DNA of 64,000 nucleotides from Sphingobacteriales bacterium (GCA_026391525.1 JAPLEF010000011.1:1527-65526), one strand, 5' to 3'. Positions 9,261-19,580 are shown, numbered from the stretch's first letter. A program made the numbers and translations. The notes: generated by a model not told the origin, from the letters alone.

Positions 9261-10103
9261 CTATGCCAGCGGATTGATGAGACGGATACCATCATCACCA
9301 AAGCTGATCTTCTTTTGTTTGTACAAATTTCCGGTGGTCATCTTAAAAGTCTTTTTGCTCATGGAAAAAAATTGATAAATCTGCTCGGGATCCGATTTGT
9401 CGTGGTAGGGCAGAAAGCCGTCATTTTCTTTTAACAGCCGAAGGATTTTTTCTGTTTCATCTTCAACACGCTGATAGCCGGGTTTGCCGATTGAAACATC
9501 AATCTTTTCGCCGTCGGGATATATTTTTTTGATAAAACCGCGGAATTGATCGCCTGCCGTTATTGCCCGGTAAATTTCATTGTGATGAAGCACCCCGGTA
9601 TGTTTATGGTTGATGATTACCACATAGCCGATATCTGTTCGGCGGTAAACCAAGAGATTTACTTCTTCCATTTCTTTCACCGATAAAGATTGATTGGTAA
9701 GGAAGGGTTCAATTTTTTCTGTTGCCGCAAGTCTGCCGGTTTGCTCATCCAATACCACTTTTACAATATATTCTCCTTTTGGCAACATCGGTTGTAGCTG
9801 GGCCGATTTCGGTACGAACAAGTCTTTCATCAAACCCCAATCTAAAAATGCGCCTTGTGGTGTTGTTGAAACCACCGCCATTTTTGCAATTTCTCCCAAT
9901 ATAGCTTTTGGTTTTTGGGTTGTTGCAATCAATCGTTCATCGCCATCGTGATAAATAAACACACTAATCGTATCGCCTGGTTTGAGATCCTTCGGAACAA
10001 ATCTGGTGGGCAGCAATACACCTTCTTTGCCATCATCCAGATATAAACCAAAATCAACTGCCCGTAATACCTTTAGGTTATTATATTCACCAACTTTGAT
10101 CAT
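9261..10103 (-). CDS. cvfB: CvfB/YitL family S1-domain RNA-binding protein
   Basis: MIKVGEYNNLKV..DFGLYLD, GAFLDWGLMKDLFVP, and C-terminal winged helix FFSMSKKTFKMTTGNLYK. Confidence 0.88.
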   Translation of the reverse strand: MIKVGEYNNLKVLRAVDFGLYLDDGKEGVLLPTRFVPKDLKPGDTISVFIYHDGDERLIATTQKPKAILGEIAKMAVVSTTPQGAFLDWGLMKDLFVPKSAQLQPMLPKGEYIVKVVLDEQTGRLAATEKIEPFLTNQSLSVKEMEEVNLLVYRRTDIGYVVIINHKHTGVLHHNEIYRAITAGDQFRGFIKKIYPDGEKIDVSIGKPGYQRVEDETEKILRLLKENDGFLPYHDKSDPEQIYQFFSMSKKTFKMTTGNLYKQKKISFGDDGIRLINPLA

Positions 10104-10227
10104 CTGTTGTTTTTATTTTCGAAATTCCAAAAACCTATCTAACCATAGAAATTCTTCTATCACTAAATATTTAGTAAAGATTAGTTTTATTTTTTATTTT
10201 TAATCTTAATTCATTAAATACAAAACT

Positions 10228-11694
10228 ATGCTGAAGAATGTATTATCATTTAACGCAAAAGGAAAAATCAGTTACTATTTGATTCTTATTTGTTTGCTAC
10301 TCGGATTTGTTGATCCGTTGTTTTCACAAGATACCCATTATAATACCAACCAGTTTGGTGCCCGTTCCGCTTTATTAGGAGGTGCTATTGTTGGCGATGT
10401 AAACGACAATACCGGTGTATTTTACAATCCTGCCGGTTTGGGATTTATGGATACAGCAACGCTTTCCATCAACGGAAATGCCTATCAGATTGAAAACATC
10501 AAGATTGAAAACGCTCTCGGCCAGAAGAAAGATTTCAAAAGCAGCCAGTTGGGGTCAGTTCCTTTGTTTGTGGGAGGCATGTTGCGCAAAGGGGAAAAAA
10601 GGCTTAAAATCGGATTCACTGTGATGTCTTCCGTAAACTTCCAGTTCAAGGCAACTGCCCGTATCGACGGCAATGAAGAAATTGTAGGCGACCTCGAAAG
10701 TCCCGGTAAAGAAGAATTCATTGGCCAATCGAGTGTAAATACAAAAGTGAGTGAACTGCTGTTCGGTTTGGGTGGAGGATACAAACTTAATGATAACTGG
10801 TCTGTTGGCTTATCAAATCTATTTACGGTTCGGTCGGTAAGTTACAACCGTACAACCATTGCCCGTTTTTTTCTGAACCAGCCTGATTTCCCATTGGTAA
10901 GTTCTAGTTTTTCGAGAAATGCAGATTATTTTAATGTGCGGTATGCAGCAAAAATTGGACTCAATTATCGAAAGAACCGTTTCTCTGCCGGACTTACAGT
11001 TACTTCTCCTTCACTCAACTTATTCGGAACCGGAACGGTGGCTGTTGATATTATTGGCAACAATATTTTATATGAAGGTTCCCGTACAGATATCCTTGCC
11101 AATGACCGCCAGGAGAAATTAAAATCTAAATTCAAATCACCGTTAGCGGCAGGTTTAGGGGCCAATTATTCTTTTGGACGATCACAAATTGGTGTGGCGG
11201 TGAATTATCATGGAAGTACAAAAATTTACGACATATTGCGTGCCAACCCATCCGATTTTATCCGCCCTGTAAGCCTTAATGCACAATTGGGCAGCGACGA
11301 ATTCCTGAGGGTGAAAACCGGAGCAAAGCAGGTATTCAATTTTGCAGTTGGCTACGAATATGCACTCAAACCAAACATGACTCTTAGTGGAAGTATCCGC
11401 ACCGATAATTCTTATTTTGATAAAAATCTGGATACAACATTGGGTATCCGTCCGGATGTTACTACCTGGAACATTTATCATATTGCCATGGGAACCACTT
11501 TCACCCGCGGCCGGTCGAAAATGAGTATTGGATTGGTGTACAGTACCGGTAAAGATGACCGTAAAAAATCAGATGGTAATTTAGATAACCCTTCTGAAAA
11601 TAATTTACTTCAGGGGAGCACAACAATTACCAAGGCAAAATACAATTCCATAGGATTCATTTTGGGCTATGCGTTTGTGTTTAAGAAATTTTAA
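10228..11694 (+). CDS. FadL/OmpP1-like outer-membrane channel
   Basis: GARSALLGGA and YNPAGL N-terminal hatch motifs; beta-strand pattern; C-terminal FILGYAFVFKKF. Confidence 0.7.
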   Translation: MLKNVLSFNAKGKISYYLILICLLLGFVDPLFSQDTHYNTNQFGARSALLGGAIVGDVNDNTGVFYNPAGLGFMDTATLSINGNAYQIENIKIENALGQKKDFKSSQLGSVPLFVGGMLRKGEKRLKIGFTVMSSVNFQFKATARIDGNEEIVGDLESPGKEEFIGQSSVNTKVSELLFGLGGGYKLNDNWSVGLSNLFTVRSVSYNRTTIARFFLNQPDFPLVSSSFSRNADYFNVRYAAKIGLNYRKNRFSAGLTVTSPSLNLFGTGTVAVDIIGNNILYEGSRTDILANDRQEKLKSKFKSPLAAGLGANYSFGRSQIGVAVNYHGSTKIYDILRANPSDFIRPVSLNAQLGSDEFLRVKTGAKQVFNFAVGYEYALKPNMTLSGSIRTDNSYFDKNLDTTLGIRPDVTTWNIYHIAMGTTFTRGRSKMSIGLVYSTGKDDRKKSDGNLDNPSENNLLQGSTTITKAKYNSIGFILGYAFVFKKF

Positions 11695-11733
11695 GTAATT
11701 TGTAATGACACTATCATTCACTTAACCTGTTGC

Positions 11734-11741
11734 TAACTTTG
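11734..11741 (+). promoter_or_regulatory. Bacteroidota sigma -7 box upstream of amidohydrolase 1
   Basis: Exact TAnnTTTG match (TAACTTTG) 64 bp before the ATG. Confidence 0.6.
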
Positions 11742-11804
11742 CAAAACCAGTCATCATTAGTAAAACTGATATTAACTCTTTAATAAAATATCAAATCATT
11801 TGAC

Positions 11805-13532
11805 ATGAGAAAGATTGCAGGAATTCTTCTGGTAATTTCTTTTATGGCTTTAGCAAGTTGTAATCAACCGGCAAAGCAAACTAACTCAAAAGATGCGGCT
11901 GATGCCATTTATTATGGTGGAGACATCATCACCATGGAAGGCGACAGCGCAAACTATGCCGAAGCTGTAGCAGTAAAAGATGGGAAAGTAGTTTTTGTAG
12001 GCAGCAAGGCTGATGCAGAAAAAATGAAGGGCGATAGTACGGTAATGAATGACCTGCAAGGCAAAACCTTATTGCCCGGTTTTTTAGATGCACACAGTCA
12101 TTATATCAATTCCTTACTCGTGGCCAATCAATGTAAATTGTATGCACCACCATCGGGCCCGGCAAAAGATGTGGAAAGCATTATTGCCGCTTTAAAGGCT
12201 TTTGCAGCAGAGCGTAAAATTCCAAAAGGTGAAATGATCATGGGTTATGGGTATGACGAAAACGTAATGCCCAACGGTAAGCTGCTGAATAGGGATGATT
12301 TAGATGCCGCTTTCCCCGACAATCCGGTGCGTATCGATCACGTATCGATGCATGGATGTGTACTTAACTCATTGGCAATGAAAAAATATGGATACGATGC
12401 AAATTTTGTTACACCTCCCGGAGGCGTTTGTGTACGTAAACCTGGCACCAATGAGCCCTATGGATTAATTATGGAAACGGCTTATATGCCTGTTGTTGAA
12501 AAAACAGCACCCATGACCAAAGAGCAGGAAATAGCTTTTACCAAGGCCGGGCAAATGTTGTATGCAGAAGCCGGCATAACAACCGCTCAGGATGGGGCTA
12601 CGCACAAATGGCAATTGGACATTATTAAACGTGCCACTGATGCCGAAGCAAACATGATTGATGTGGTAGCATACCCTTTTATCACCGATGTAGATAAAAT
12701 TCTTACAGATTACCCGGTGGATACCTGGCTTAAATACAATAAGGGATTTAAAATCGGTGGGGCAAAAATTACTATTGATGGCTCGCCACAAGGTAAAACC
12801 GCATATTTTTCCACACCTTATTTAACCGACGGCCCGGGTGGTGAAAAAAACTGGAAAGGGGAGTTAACCTTCCCGCAGGATATGGTAAACCAAATGGTGA
12901 AAAAAGTATATGATATGAATGTGCCCTTGTTGCTGCATTGCAATGGGGATGCTTCAATTGATGCCTTTCTTACAGCTTATGAAGCAGCCAATGTAACCAC
13001 GCCCTGGAACGTAACTACCATCCATTCTCAGTTTATGCGCAAAGACCAGATGCCAAAATTTGTGAAGTATAATGTACGTCCGTCTTTCTATACCTTACAT
13101 ACTTATTATTTCTATGAAGCACATTTAAAAAACCGTGGATTGGAACAGGCGCAATATATCAGTCCCATTCATGATGCAATCGCTGCAGGTATGAAACCTA
13201 CCAACCATACCGATTTTGTAGTAGCGCCGCTCGATCAGATGATGATGCTTTGGAGTGCGGTAAACCGCATTTCCAGAGGGGGCGCTCTTGTTGGTAAGGA
13301 TCAAAGAATAACGCCTTATCAAGCTTTGCAGGCCATGACTGTAAACGTAGCAGCACAATACGATGAGTCGGATAGAAAAGGCAGTTTAAAAGCCGGCAAA
13401 CTAGCCGATTTGGTGATACTCGATAAGAACCCTTTGAAGGTTGACCCCATGACTTTAAAAGACATCAAAGTGATGGAAACCATTAAAGCAGGAAAGTCGA
13501 TTTATACAAAAGTAAAAACAGTTTTATTTTAG
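11805..13532 (+). CDS. YtcJ-like (Amidohydro_3) metal-dependent amidohydrolase lipoprotein, paralog 1
   Basis: LASC lipobox; PGFLDAHSH, KITIDGSPQGKTA, HCNGDAS, IHSQ, NHTD, GSLKAGKLADLVILDKNPL. Confidence 0.9.
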   Translation: MRKIAGILLVISFMALASCNQPAKQTNSKDAADAIYYGGDIITMEGDSANYAEAVAVKDGKVVFVGSKADAEKMKGDSTVMNDLQGKTLLPGFLDAHSHYINSLLVANQCKLYAPPSGPAKDVESIIAALKAFAAERKIPKGEMIMGYGYDENVMPNGKLLNRDDLDAAFPDNPVRIDHVSMHGCVLNSLAMKKYGYDANFVTPPGGVCVRKPGTNEPYGLIMETAYMPVVEKTAPMTKEQEIAFTKAGQMLYAEAGITTAQDGATHKWQLDIIKRATDAEANMIDVVAYPFITDVDKILTDYPVDTWLKYNKGFKIGGAKITIDGSPQGKTAYFSTPYLTDGPGGEKNWKGELTFPQDMVNQMVKKVYDMNVPLLLHCNGDASIDAFLTAYEAANVTTPWNVTTIHSQFMRKDQMPKFVKYNVRPSFYTLHTYYFYEAHLKNRGLEQAQYISPIHDAIAAGMKPTNHTDFVVAPLDQMMMLWSAVNRISRGGALVGKDQRITPYQALQAMTVNVAAQYDESDRKGSLKAGKLADLVILDKNPLKVDPMTLKDIKVMETIKAGKSIYTKVKTVLF

Positions 13533-13573
13533 ATATTTTTAAACAAGCTATTATTCACCCACAATGTAAATTT

Positions 13574-14380
13574 ATGCAAAAACCATTATTTGGTTTATTA
13601 ATTCCAATGCTGTTCATTACTCAATTGAGTATTGCACAGGAAAAAAAGGCAGAAAGTGCCGAAGAACTGGCAAAAAAACTGGCCAACCCGGTGTCGTCGC
13701 TTATCAGTTTGCCGTTTCAGGTAAATACCGATTATGGCATTGGCAGGTTCAATGGCAGTCGCAATATTATTAATGTGCAGCCCGTTGTTCCTATAAGCAT
13801 TTCACCCAAATGGAACCTCATAACAAGGGTAGTTTTGCCCATTATATCGCAGTTTGACATTACCGGCGAAAAGACGCATCAGAGTGGTTTGAGTGATGTT
13901 CTTGCCACCGCATTTTTTTCGCCAAAAGAAGCAAAAAATGGGCTGACCTGGGGCGCAGGGCCGGCCATTCTAATACCTACTGCAACCAATAATTTTTTGG
14001 GCACAAAAAAATGGGCCGTTGGTCCTTCGGCCGTGGCACTAAAACAAGCCAACGGCTGGACCTATGGCGGATTGATTAACCAGTTATGGTCGTTTGCAGG
14101 CGACAAATCCCGGGCCGATGTGAGTCAATTATATTTACAGCCTTTTATAGCCTACAACTGGAAAAGCGGTGCAGGCATTGGCGGTAGCATGGAGCTTACC
14201 CAAAACTGGAAAACCAGCACTTTCTCAGGGATATTTGTGCCTACGGTATCGGGGGTTACCAAGTTGGGCAAGCAAACCGTTTCGCTGGCAGCCGGCCCCC
14301 GCATTCCAATTGCAGGCCCAAGCTCATCAAGACCCAATTTTGGCTGGCGGGCAGCGGTAGTTTTTGTTTTCCCTAAATAA
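13574..14380 (+). CDS. Putative outer-membrane beta-barrel 'transporter' (MetA-pathway-like hypothetical family)
   Basis: Signal peptide; ELAKKLANPVSSLISLPFQ, QPVVP, WGAGPAILIPTAT; C-terminal FVFPK. Confidence 0.7.
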   Translation: MQKPLFGLLIPMLFITQLSIAQEKKAESAEELAKKLANPVSSLISLPFQVNTDYGIGRFNGSRNIINVQPVVPISISPKWNLITRVVLPIISQFDITGEKTHQSGLSDVLATAFFSPKEAKNGLTWGAGPAILIPTATNNFLGTKKWAVGPSAVALKQANGWTYGGLINQLWSFAGDKSRADVSQLYLQPFIAYNWKSGAGIGGSMELTQNWKTSTFSGIFVPTVSGVTKLGKQTVSLAAGPRIPIAGPSSSRPNFGWRAAVVFVFPK

Positions 14381-14412
14381 TTAAACCTATTTTTTACCAA
14401 AAAATTATTTAT

Positions 14413-16143
14413 ATGCAACTAAAAAAATGGCTTTTTAATGGAGTGGTTTTGATATTTTTTGCAGCTTGCAACAATGCCACTCAAACCACTACAGCGACTA
14501 ATGATACTACCAAAGCCACCATGTACTACGGCGGCGACATCATTACCATGGAAGGCGACAATGCCACCTATGCAGAGAGCATTGTAGTAAAAGACGGGAA
14601 AATAATTTTTGTAGGCGGAAAGGATGAAGCGATGAAAGCTGCTGGTGATGGCCATAACATGATTGATTTGCAAGGCAAAACAATGTTGCCCGGTTTTATT
14701 GATGGCCACAGCCATTTATTGACGATTGCCGATGGTACCATGCAGGCAAACCTAAGCCCAGCACCTGTTGGCACAGTTGCATCCGTGCCCGATATAATTT
14801 CTGCCTTAAAAGAACTGAAAACAAAACAACAATTTAGCGATACGTCTTTACTGATTGGCTGGGGTTACGATCAGGATTTTTTAAGTGAAAAAAGACATCC
14901 CACTGCAGCAGAACTGGATGCTGCTTTTCCAACCAATCCCGTGGTATTGATTCATACATCGGGCCACATGTTGGTGGCCAATACGCTTGCTTTTAAACTG
15001 GCTGGTGTTTCAGCAGCAACAAAAGACCCTACCGGTGGTACATTTATTCGCAAAAAAGGAAGCAACGAATTGGAAGGGCTTGTGCAGGAAATGGCGATGG
15101 TATCTTTTATGCCCTTAACTAAAGCGGTGTTATCGGATGAACAGGAATTTAAAAAATTAAAAGCCGCACAGGAATATTATGCCAGTTGTGGCGTAACCAC
15201 CGCTGCAGAACATTTAGTGACTCTAGAAAAAATGCCTTTACTGGCAAAAGCTGCTGCTGCCAACCTGCTGTTCATCGATTTGGAGGCAGCCCCATCTTTT
15301 CAAATGGCGAAAGAATTATTGGGAACGGGAAAAATTACCTGGGGCGCATTTAATAATCATTTGAAATATTGTGGGTTAAAAATTGCAACTGATGGTTCGC
15401 CGCAGGGGAAAACGGCCTTTCTTACAAAGCCCTATTTAACTCCTGTACCGGGTTGCAGCCACGACTGTAAAGGCTTTCCCAATCTTACACAAGAACAGAT
15501 CAATGAACTGATGTTAGGTTGCTATAGCAACAAAGTGCAACTGTATTCGCATTGCAATGGCGACGCCTCCATTGATATGATGATTAGTGGCCATGAATAT
15601 GCGATGAGGAAACTGAATGACAGCACTTCGGATAGGCGCACAGTTATTATTCATTCGCAAATAATGCGGCCCGACCAACTCGCTACTTATAAGAAATATA
15701 AAATGTTGCCAAGCTTTTTTACCAACCACACTTTTTATTGGGGCGATGTGCATATTGCCAATTTGGGTATGGAAAGAGCGAGTTTTCTCAGCCCTATGAA
15801 GTCGGCAATGGATATGGGTATTATTGCTACCAACCATACCGATGCCAGTGTAACGCCAATGGATCAGTTGTTTTTATTATGGTCTTCGGTAAACCGGCTT
15901 TCCCGCAATGGGGTTGTAGTGGGCGAGGCACAGCGAATTGACGCCTATCATGGATTGAAAGCACTTACCATCAACGGCGCTTATCAGTATTTCGAAGAAA
16001 ATACTAAAGGCAGTTTAAAGGCGGGTAAACTGGCAGACCTGGTAATTCTCGATAAGAACCCATTAAAGGTTAATGCCATGACCATAAAAGACATTAAAGT
16101 GATGGAAACCATTAAAGAAGGAAAATCAATTTATAAAAAATAA
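14413..16143 (+). CDS. YtcJ-like amidohydrolase lipoprotein, paralog 2
   Basis: FAAC lipobox; DGHSH, KIATDGSPQGKTA, HCNGDAS, IHSQ, NHTD. Confidence 0.9.
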   Translation: MQLKKWLFNGVVLIFFAACNNATQTTTATNDTTKATMYYGGDIITMEGDNATYAESIVVKDGKIIFVGGKDEAMKAAGDGHNMIDLQGKTMLPGFIDGHSHLLTIADGTMQANLSPAPVGTVASVPDIISALKELKTKQQFSDTSLLIGWGYDQDFLSEKRHPTAAELDAAFPTNPVVLIHTSGHMLVANTLAFKLAGVSAATKDPTGGTFIRKKGSNELEGLVQEMAMVSFMPLTKAVLSDEQEFKKLKAAQEYYASCGVTTAAEHLVTLEKMPLLAKAAAANLLFIDLEAAPSFQMAKELLGTGKITWGAFNNHLKYCGLKIATDGSPQGKTAFLTKPYLTPVPGCSHDCKGFPNLTQEQINELMLGCYSNKVQLYSHCNGDASIDMMISGHEYAMRKLNDSTSDRRTVIIHSQIMRPDQLATYKKYKMLPSFFTNHTFYWGDVHIANLGMERASFLSPMKSAMDMGIIATNHTDASVTPMDQLFLLWSSVNRLSRNGVVVGEAQRIDAYHGLKALTINGAYQYFEENTKGSLKAGKLADLVILDKNPLKVNAMTIKDIKVMETIKEGKSIYKK

Positions 16144-16155
16144 AACCTATCATTT

Positions 16156-18042
16156 ATGAATTTAAAAAGAATCTCCCTTATTGCGGTAACTATCTTGGCT
16201 TTTGCGGCTTGCAAGAATGCAACGCAAACCACCACTGCAACCAACGATTCTACCAAGGCCACCATGTACTTCGGCGGCGATATCATCACAATGGAAGGCG
16301 ATAGTGCCAACTATGCCGAGAGTGTTGTTGTAAAAGATGGAAAAATAATTTTTGTAGGCAATAAAGATGAAGCCATGAAAGCTGCCGGTGATGGCCATAA
16401 CATGATTGATCTGCAAGGCAAAACAATGCTTCCCGGCTTTATTGATGCACATGGCCACATGGTTTATTACGGGAAAAACCTAATGGATCAATCCTTAACT
16501 GGTGTGAAAGATATTTCGGAAATCATTCAACGTATGAAATCACATATTGCTCAGATTCCCGGAGACGGATGGATTGTGGGTATGGGTTATGCCCCGCTCA
16601 AAATGAAAGAGCAACGACATCCAACTGCGGATGAATTAGATCAAATCTCCATGGATAGACCCGTACTGGTAGTTCATGCTTCAGGGCATGGCGGCTCTAT
16701 GAACCATGCGCTGATGAAACTTTTACATATAGACGAGAAAACAGTTGATCCTAACGGTGGCGAGTATGTTAGAGAGAAAGGCAGTAAAATGCCCGCAGGT
16801 CCTATGGAAGAAACAGCCCTTATTGATGTGAGAAACCAACGCCCCGCATTTACAGGAGAAGCTGCCGATAAAGTAATAAAAGAAGCCAGTAAAATATGGG
16901 CTAGCAATGGACAAACCACCGCTATGGAATGCGGATTGGGATTAGGGGCAGACGACATTTCTATTGTTGAAAATGCCATTGAAAAGAAAATATTGCCGAT
17001 AGATTTGGTGGTTTTTTCTAAAGAATCTGCAACGGATGATGTTGTAAATACAGCGTATGGAATAGGTGAAGCTTATTCGTCCAAATCAACTGGTAGTGCT
17101 AGCAAGCTACTGAGCGATCGGGTTGATTTAGATAAGCGATATATAAATCGGGTAAGATTGGGGGGAATAAAATTATGGTTAGATGGAAATCCGGTATTGG
17201 CCTGGATGTCGGAAGCATATGCCACTCCTCCGCCCGGAAGAGAGCCCGGCTTTAAAGGATATGGACAGATTCCGGATTCGGTAATTTTTTCGTTTTTTGA
17301 TAAGTATTGGAAAACCAATATGCAAATCAATATGCATGTGAATGGTGATGAGGCTATTGAGCAGGCGTTGAGGGCAACTGAAGCTGCCATTAAAAAACAT
17401 GGCATGAGCGACCACAGGCCGGTTTTTGTTCATTGTAGTTATGCAAGGCCCGATCAAATTGCCCGAATGAAAGCCGTGGGTGCAATCCCGTCTTTCTTAT
17501 CTTTTGGCTTATATGGGCAGGGAGATGAGGTAGAAATAATATGGGGAACAAAACGTGCCTCCAATGGGATGGCAGCACAGTCTATGCTAAAAGCCGGCGT
17601 TCCTTTCACGCTTTCTCATGATGCGCCAATTACTCCACCTATGATAATGCCCCAGATATGGGCAGCCGTGAATAGAGTAACCAGTTCCGGAAAAGTTTTA
17701 GGTGCCGATCAGCGTGTGTCTCCTTATCAGGCACTGCAAGCAGTTACTTCAGCCGCTGCCTATCAAATTAAGGAGGAAAAAAGTAAAGGAACAATTCAAG
17801 CCGGTAAATTGGCTGATTTGGTGATACTCGATAAGAACCCGTTAAAGGTTGACCCCATGACATTTAAGGACATTCAGGTGATGGAAACCATCAAAGAAGG
17901 AAATTCTATTTTTAAGCTAAGTTCCACTGTGGCCTATACCCCGGTTACCATAAGTGATCATAACCACGAAACCGGCCATCAAAAGCCATTAAGTGTGAGC
18001 CAACAAAAATTAATGGCCAGGCTGGTGCAAAGCGCCAAATAA
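16156..18042 (+). CDS. YtcJ-like amidohydrolase lipoprotein, paralog 3 (divergent core, C-terminal extension)
   Basis: FAAC lipobox; DAHGH, KLWLDGNP, HVNGDEA, VHCS, SHDAP; ~40-aa tail containing DHNHETGH. Confidence 0.88.
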   Translation: MNLKRISLIAVTILAFAACKNATQTTTATNDSTKATMYFGGDIITMEGDSANYAESVVVKDGKIIFVGNKDEAMKAAGDGHNMIDLQGKTMLPGFIDAHGHMVYYGKNLMDQSLTGVKDISEIIQRMKSHIAQIPGDGWIVGMGYAPLKMKEQRHPTADELDQISMDRPVLVVHASGHGGSMNHALMKLLHIDEKTVDPNGGEYVREKGSKMPAGPMEETALIDVRNQRPAFTGEAADKVIKEASKIWASNGQTTAMECGLGLGADDISIVENAIEKKILPIDLVVFSKESATDDVVNTAYGIGEAYSSKSTGSASKLLSDRVDLDKRYINRVRLGGIKLWLDGNPVLAWMSEAYATPPPGREPGFKGYGQIPDSVIFSFFDKYWKTNMQINMHVNGDEAIEQALRATEAAIKKHGMSDHRPVFVHCSYARPDQIARMKAVGAIPSFLSFGLYGQGDEVEIIWGTKRASNGMAAQSMLKAGVPFTLSHDAPITPPMIMPQIWAAVNRVTSSGKVLGADQRVSPYQALQAVTSAAAYQIKEEKSKGTIQAGKLADLVILDKNPLKVDPMTFKDIQVMETIKEGNSIFKLSSTVAYTPVTISDHNHETGHQKPLSVSQQKLMARLVQSAK

Positions 18043-18106
18043 CGAGTTCCGCTATGTTTTGTAACCATTAATATACTCAATCATTAATATTCATCCTAAC
18101 TCAGGT

Positions 18107-19315
18107 ATGAAAAAGTATATCATCAGTTGTTATTTCCTGATTATATGTTATGCAAATGTTTTTTCGCAAAGTCCAAAACATATCCTCAGTTTGGCAGATA
18201 GTTCGGTGCATGTTTTTTTTGGAGCCAACTTAAAAACTACGATGCTGCTTACCAATCGCAGACCGGCCCCCAGTACAGGAACGGCCTATTTGCTTTTGCC
18301 AAAAGATGCTACAGGGGTAGAGGGAACCTTTGATCTCAATGCCCGTGCCAGTACCATTTATCTGGCTGCCGACGGACCTCAATTGGGTTCTTTTAAGTTA
18401 GGTACTAAAATGGTTTTTTATGTTATACGTGATTTGGCTGATCCAGCGTATGGCTTGTTACCCGCTTTAATGTATGTGGACATGAAGAATAATCAGTGGA
18501 GGTTTGCAGTTGGGCAACAAGTAGATGTTTTTGCCGAGAGAATACCCAATATGATTGATGGTTACTTTGCCCTTGCCTCTTCCGGTTGCGTTGGCAATAG
18601 CTCAAGAGGTCAGCTGCGGGCTACCCGATATATTGAAACGGGAAAAAACAGTAAACTCTCTATTACACTTGCCGCATCTCAGCCGGTTTCAACTTACTTT
18701 TCTAAAGACCTCCGAAACAATTCCGAAAACAATGGCGTTCCTAATTTAGAATGGGCTGTTAAGTACGAAACCGGAAAAGACGTGAATGCCTGGGTGCCCT
18801 ACAACGCTGTTGAATTAGCTGTTTCGGGTATAACAGGCAGTTATCGGGTCTTTAAAAATGACACTCTAGGTGGGGTAATAGTGAACGCCCGCATCAATAA
18901 ACCCCATGTAAACGGGATATGCGGCGAGTATGCTTTTCGTTTAGGAAAGCGATTCGGAATTCAGGGAGAAGTATATGCAGGGCAGGCCCTTGGCAACTAT
19001 TTGGGAGCTATCCTGTAAACCACCAAAGGCCCGAACGACAAAGAAATCCGCAGTAAGGGCTTCTGGGCGGAGGCTTCATATTATTGGCAAAAAAATCTGC
19101 AAAGCCGGTTTGGGTATGGCCAGGATGAATGTAATAAGAAAGATATAATGGGAGCAGGCGTATGGAAAAATAGCACTTATTTTGGCAATGTTATTTGGGA
19201 GATTAATAAAACAGTATCAACCGGCATAGAGCTAACTCATAAGTCTACGCAGTATTTAGGGCTAAAAGATAATCAGGGGATGACGTTTATGTGGATGTTT
19301 CAATATTCTTTTTAG
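18107..19315 (+). pseudogene. Outer-membrane porin-like (DcaP-like) gene with an in-frame TAA at 19016-19018
   Basis: The frame stays open after the TAA for 98 more codons (TTKGPNDKEIRSKGFWAEASYYW...MWMFQYSF*), ending in a typical OMP C-terminal Phe at TAG 19313-19315. Confidence 0.8.
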
Positions 19316-19365
19316 CATTGGACTAGAAAGCTATATTTCAATAAGGTAGTAAATGGCGAGGCCCT

Positions 19366-19576
19366 CCGCCTCGGTTCGTGTCTCACGAACCGAAATAATC
19401 CGCCTCGGTTTGTGTCTCACGAACCGAAATAATCCGCCTCGGTTTGTGTCCTCACGAACCGAAATAACCCGCCTCGGTTTGTGTCCTCACGAACCGAAAT
19501 AATCCACCTCGTTCGTGTCCTCACGAACCGAAATAAACAAGTCCCTAAATGGTTCGTGAGCACTCGAACCGAGGCG
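19366..19576. repeat. REP/BIME-like array: five tandem 34-35-bp palindromic units plus one inverted unit
   Basis: Units CCGCCTCGGTT(C/T)GTGTC(C)TCACGAACCGAAATAA(T/C) start at 19366, 19400, 19434, 19469 and 19504; inverted copy at 19551-19576. Confidence 0.9.
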
Positions 19577-19580
19577 ATGA

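Noticed and set aside
15965-16080. AH2/AH4 repeat pair as a DGR TR/VR, since the first few mismatches are A-to-G
   Set aside because: Non-adenine mismatches follow immediately, most G variants match the other paralogs, and no RT is present; gene conversion is simpler
19366-19576. Array considered as a CRISPR
   Set aside because: Units are head-to-tail with no unique spacers, include an inverted copy, and no cas gene is in the window
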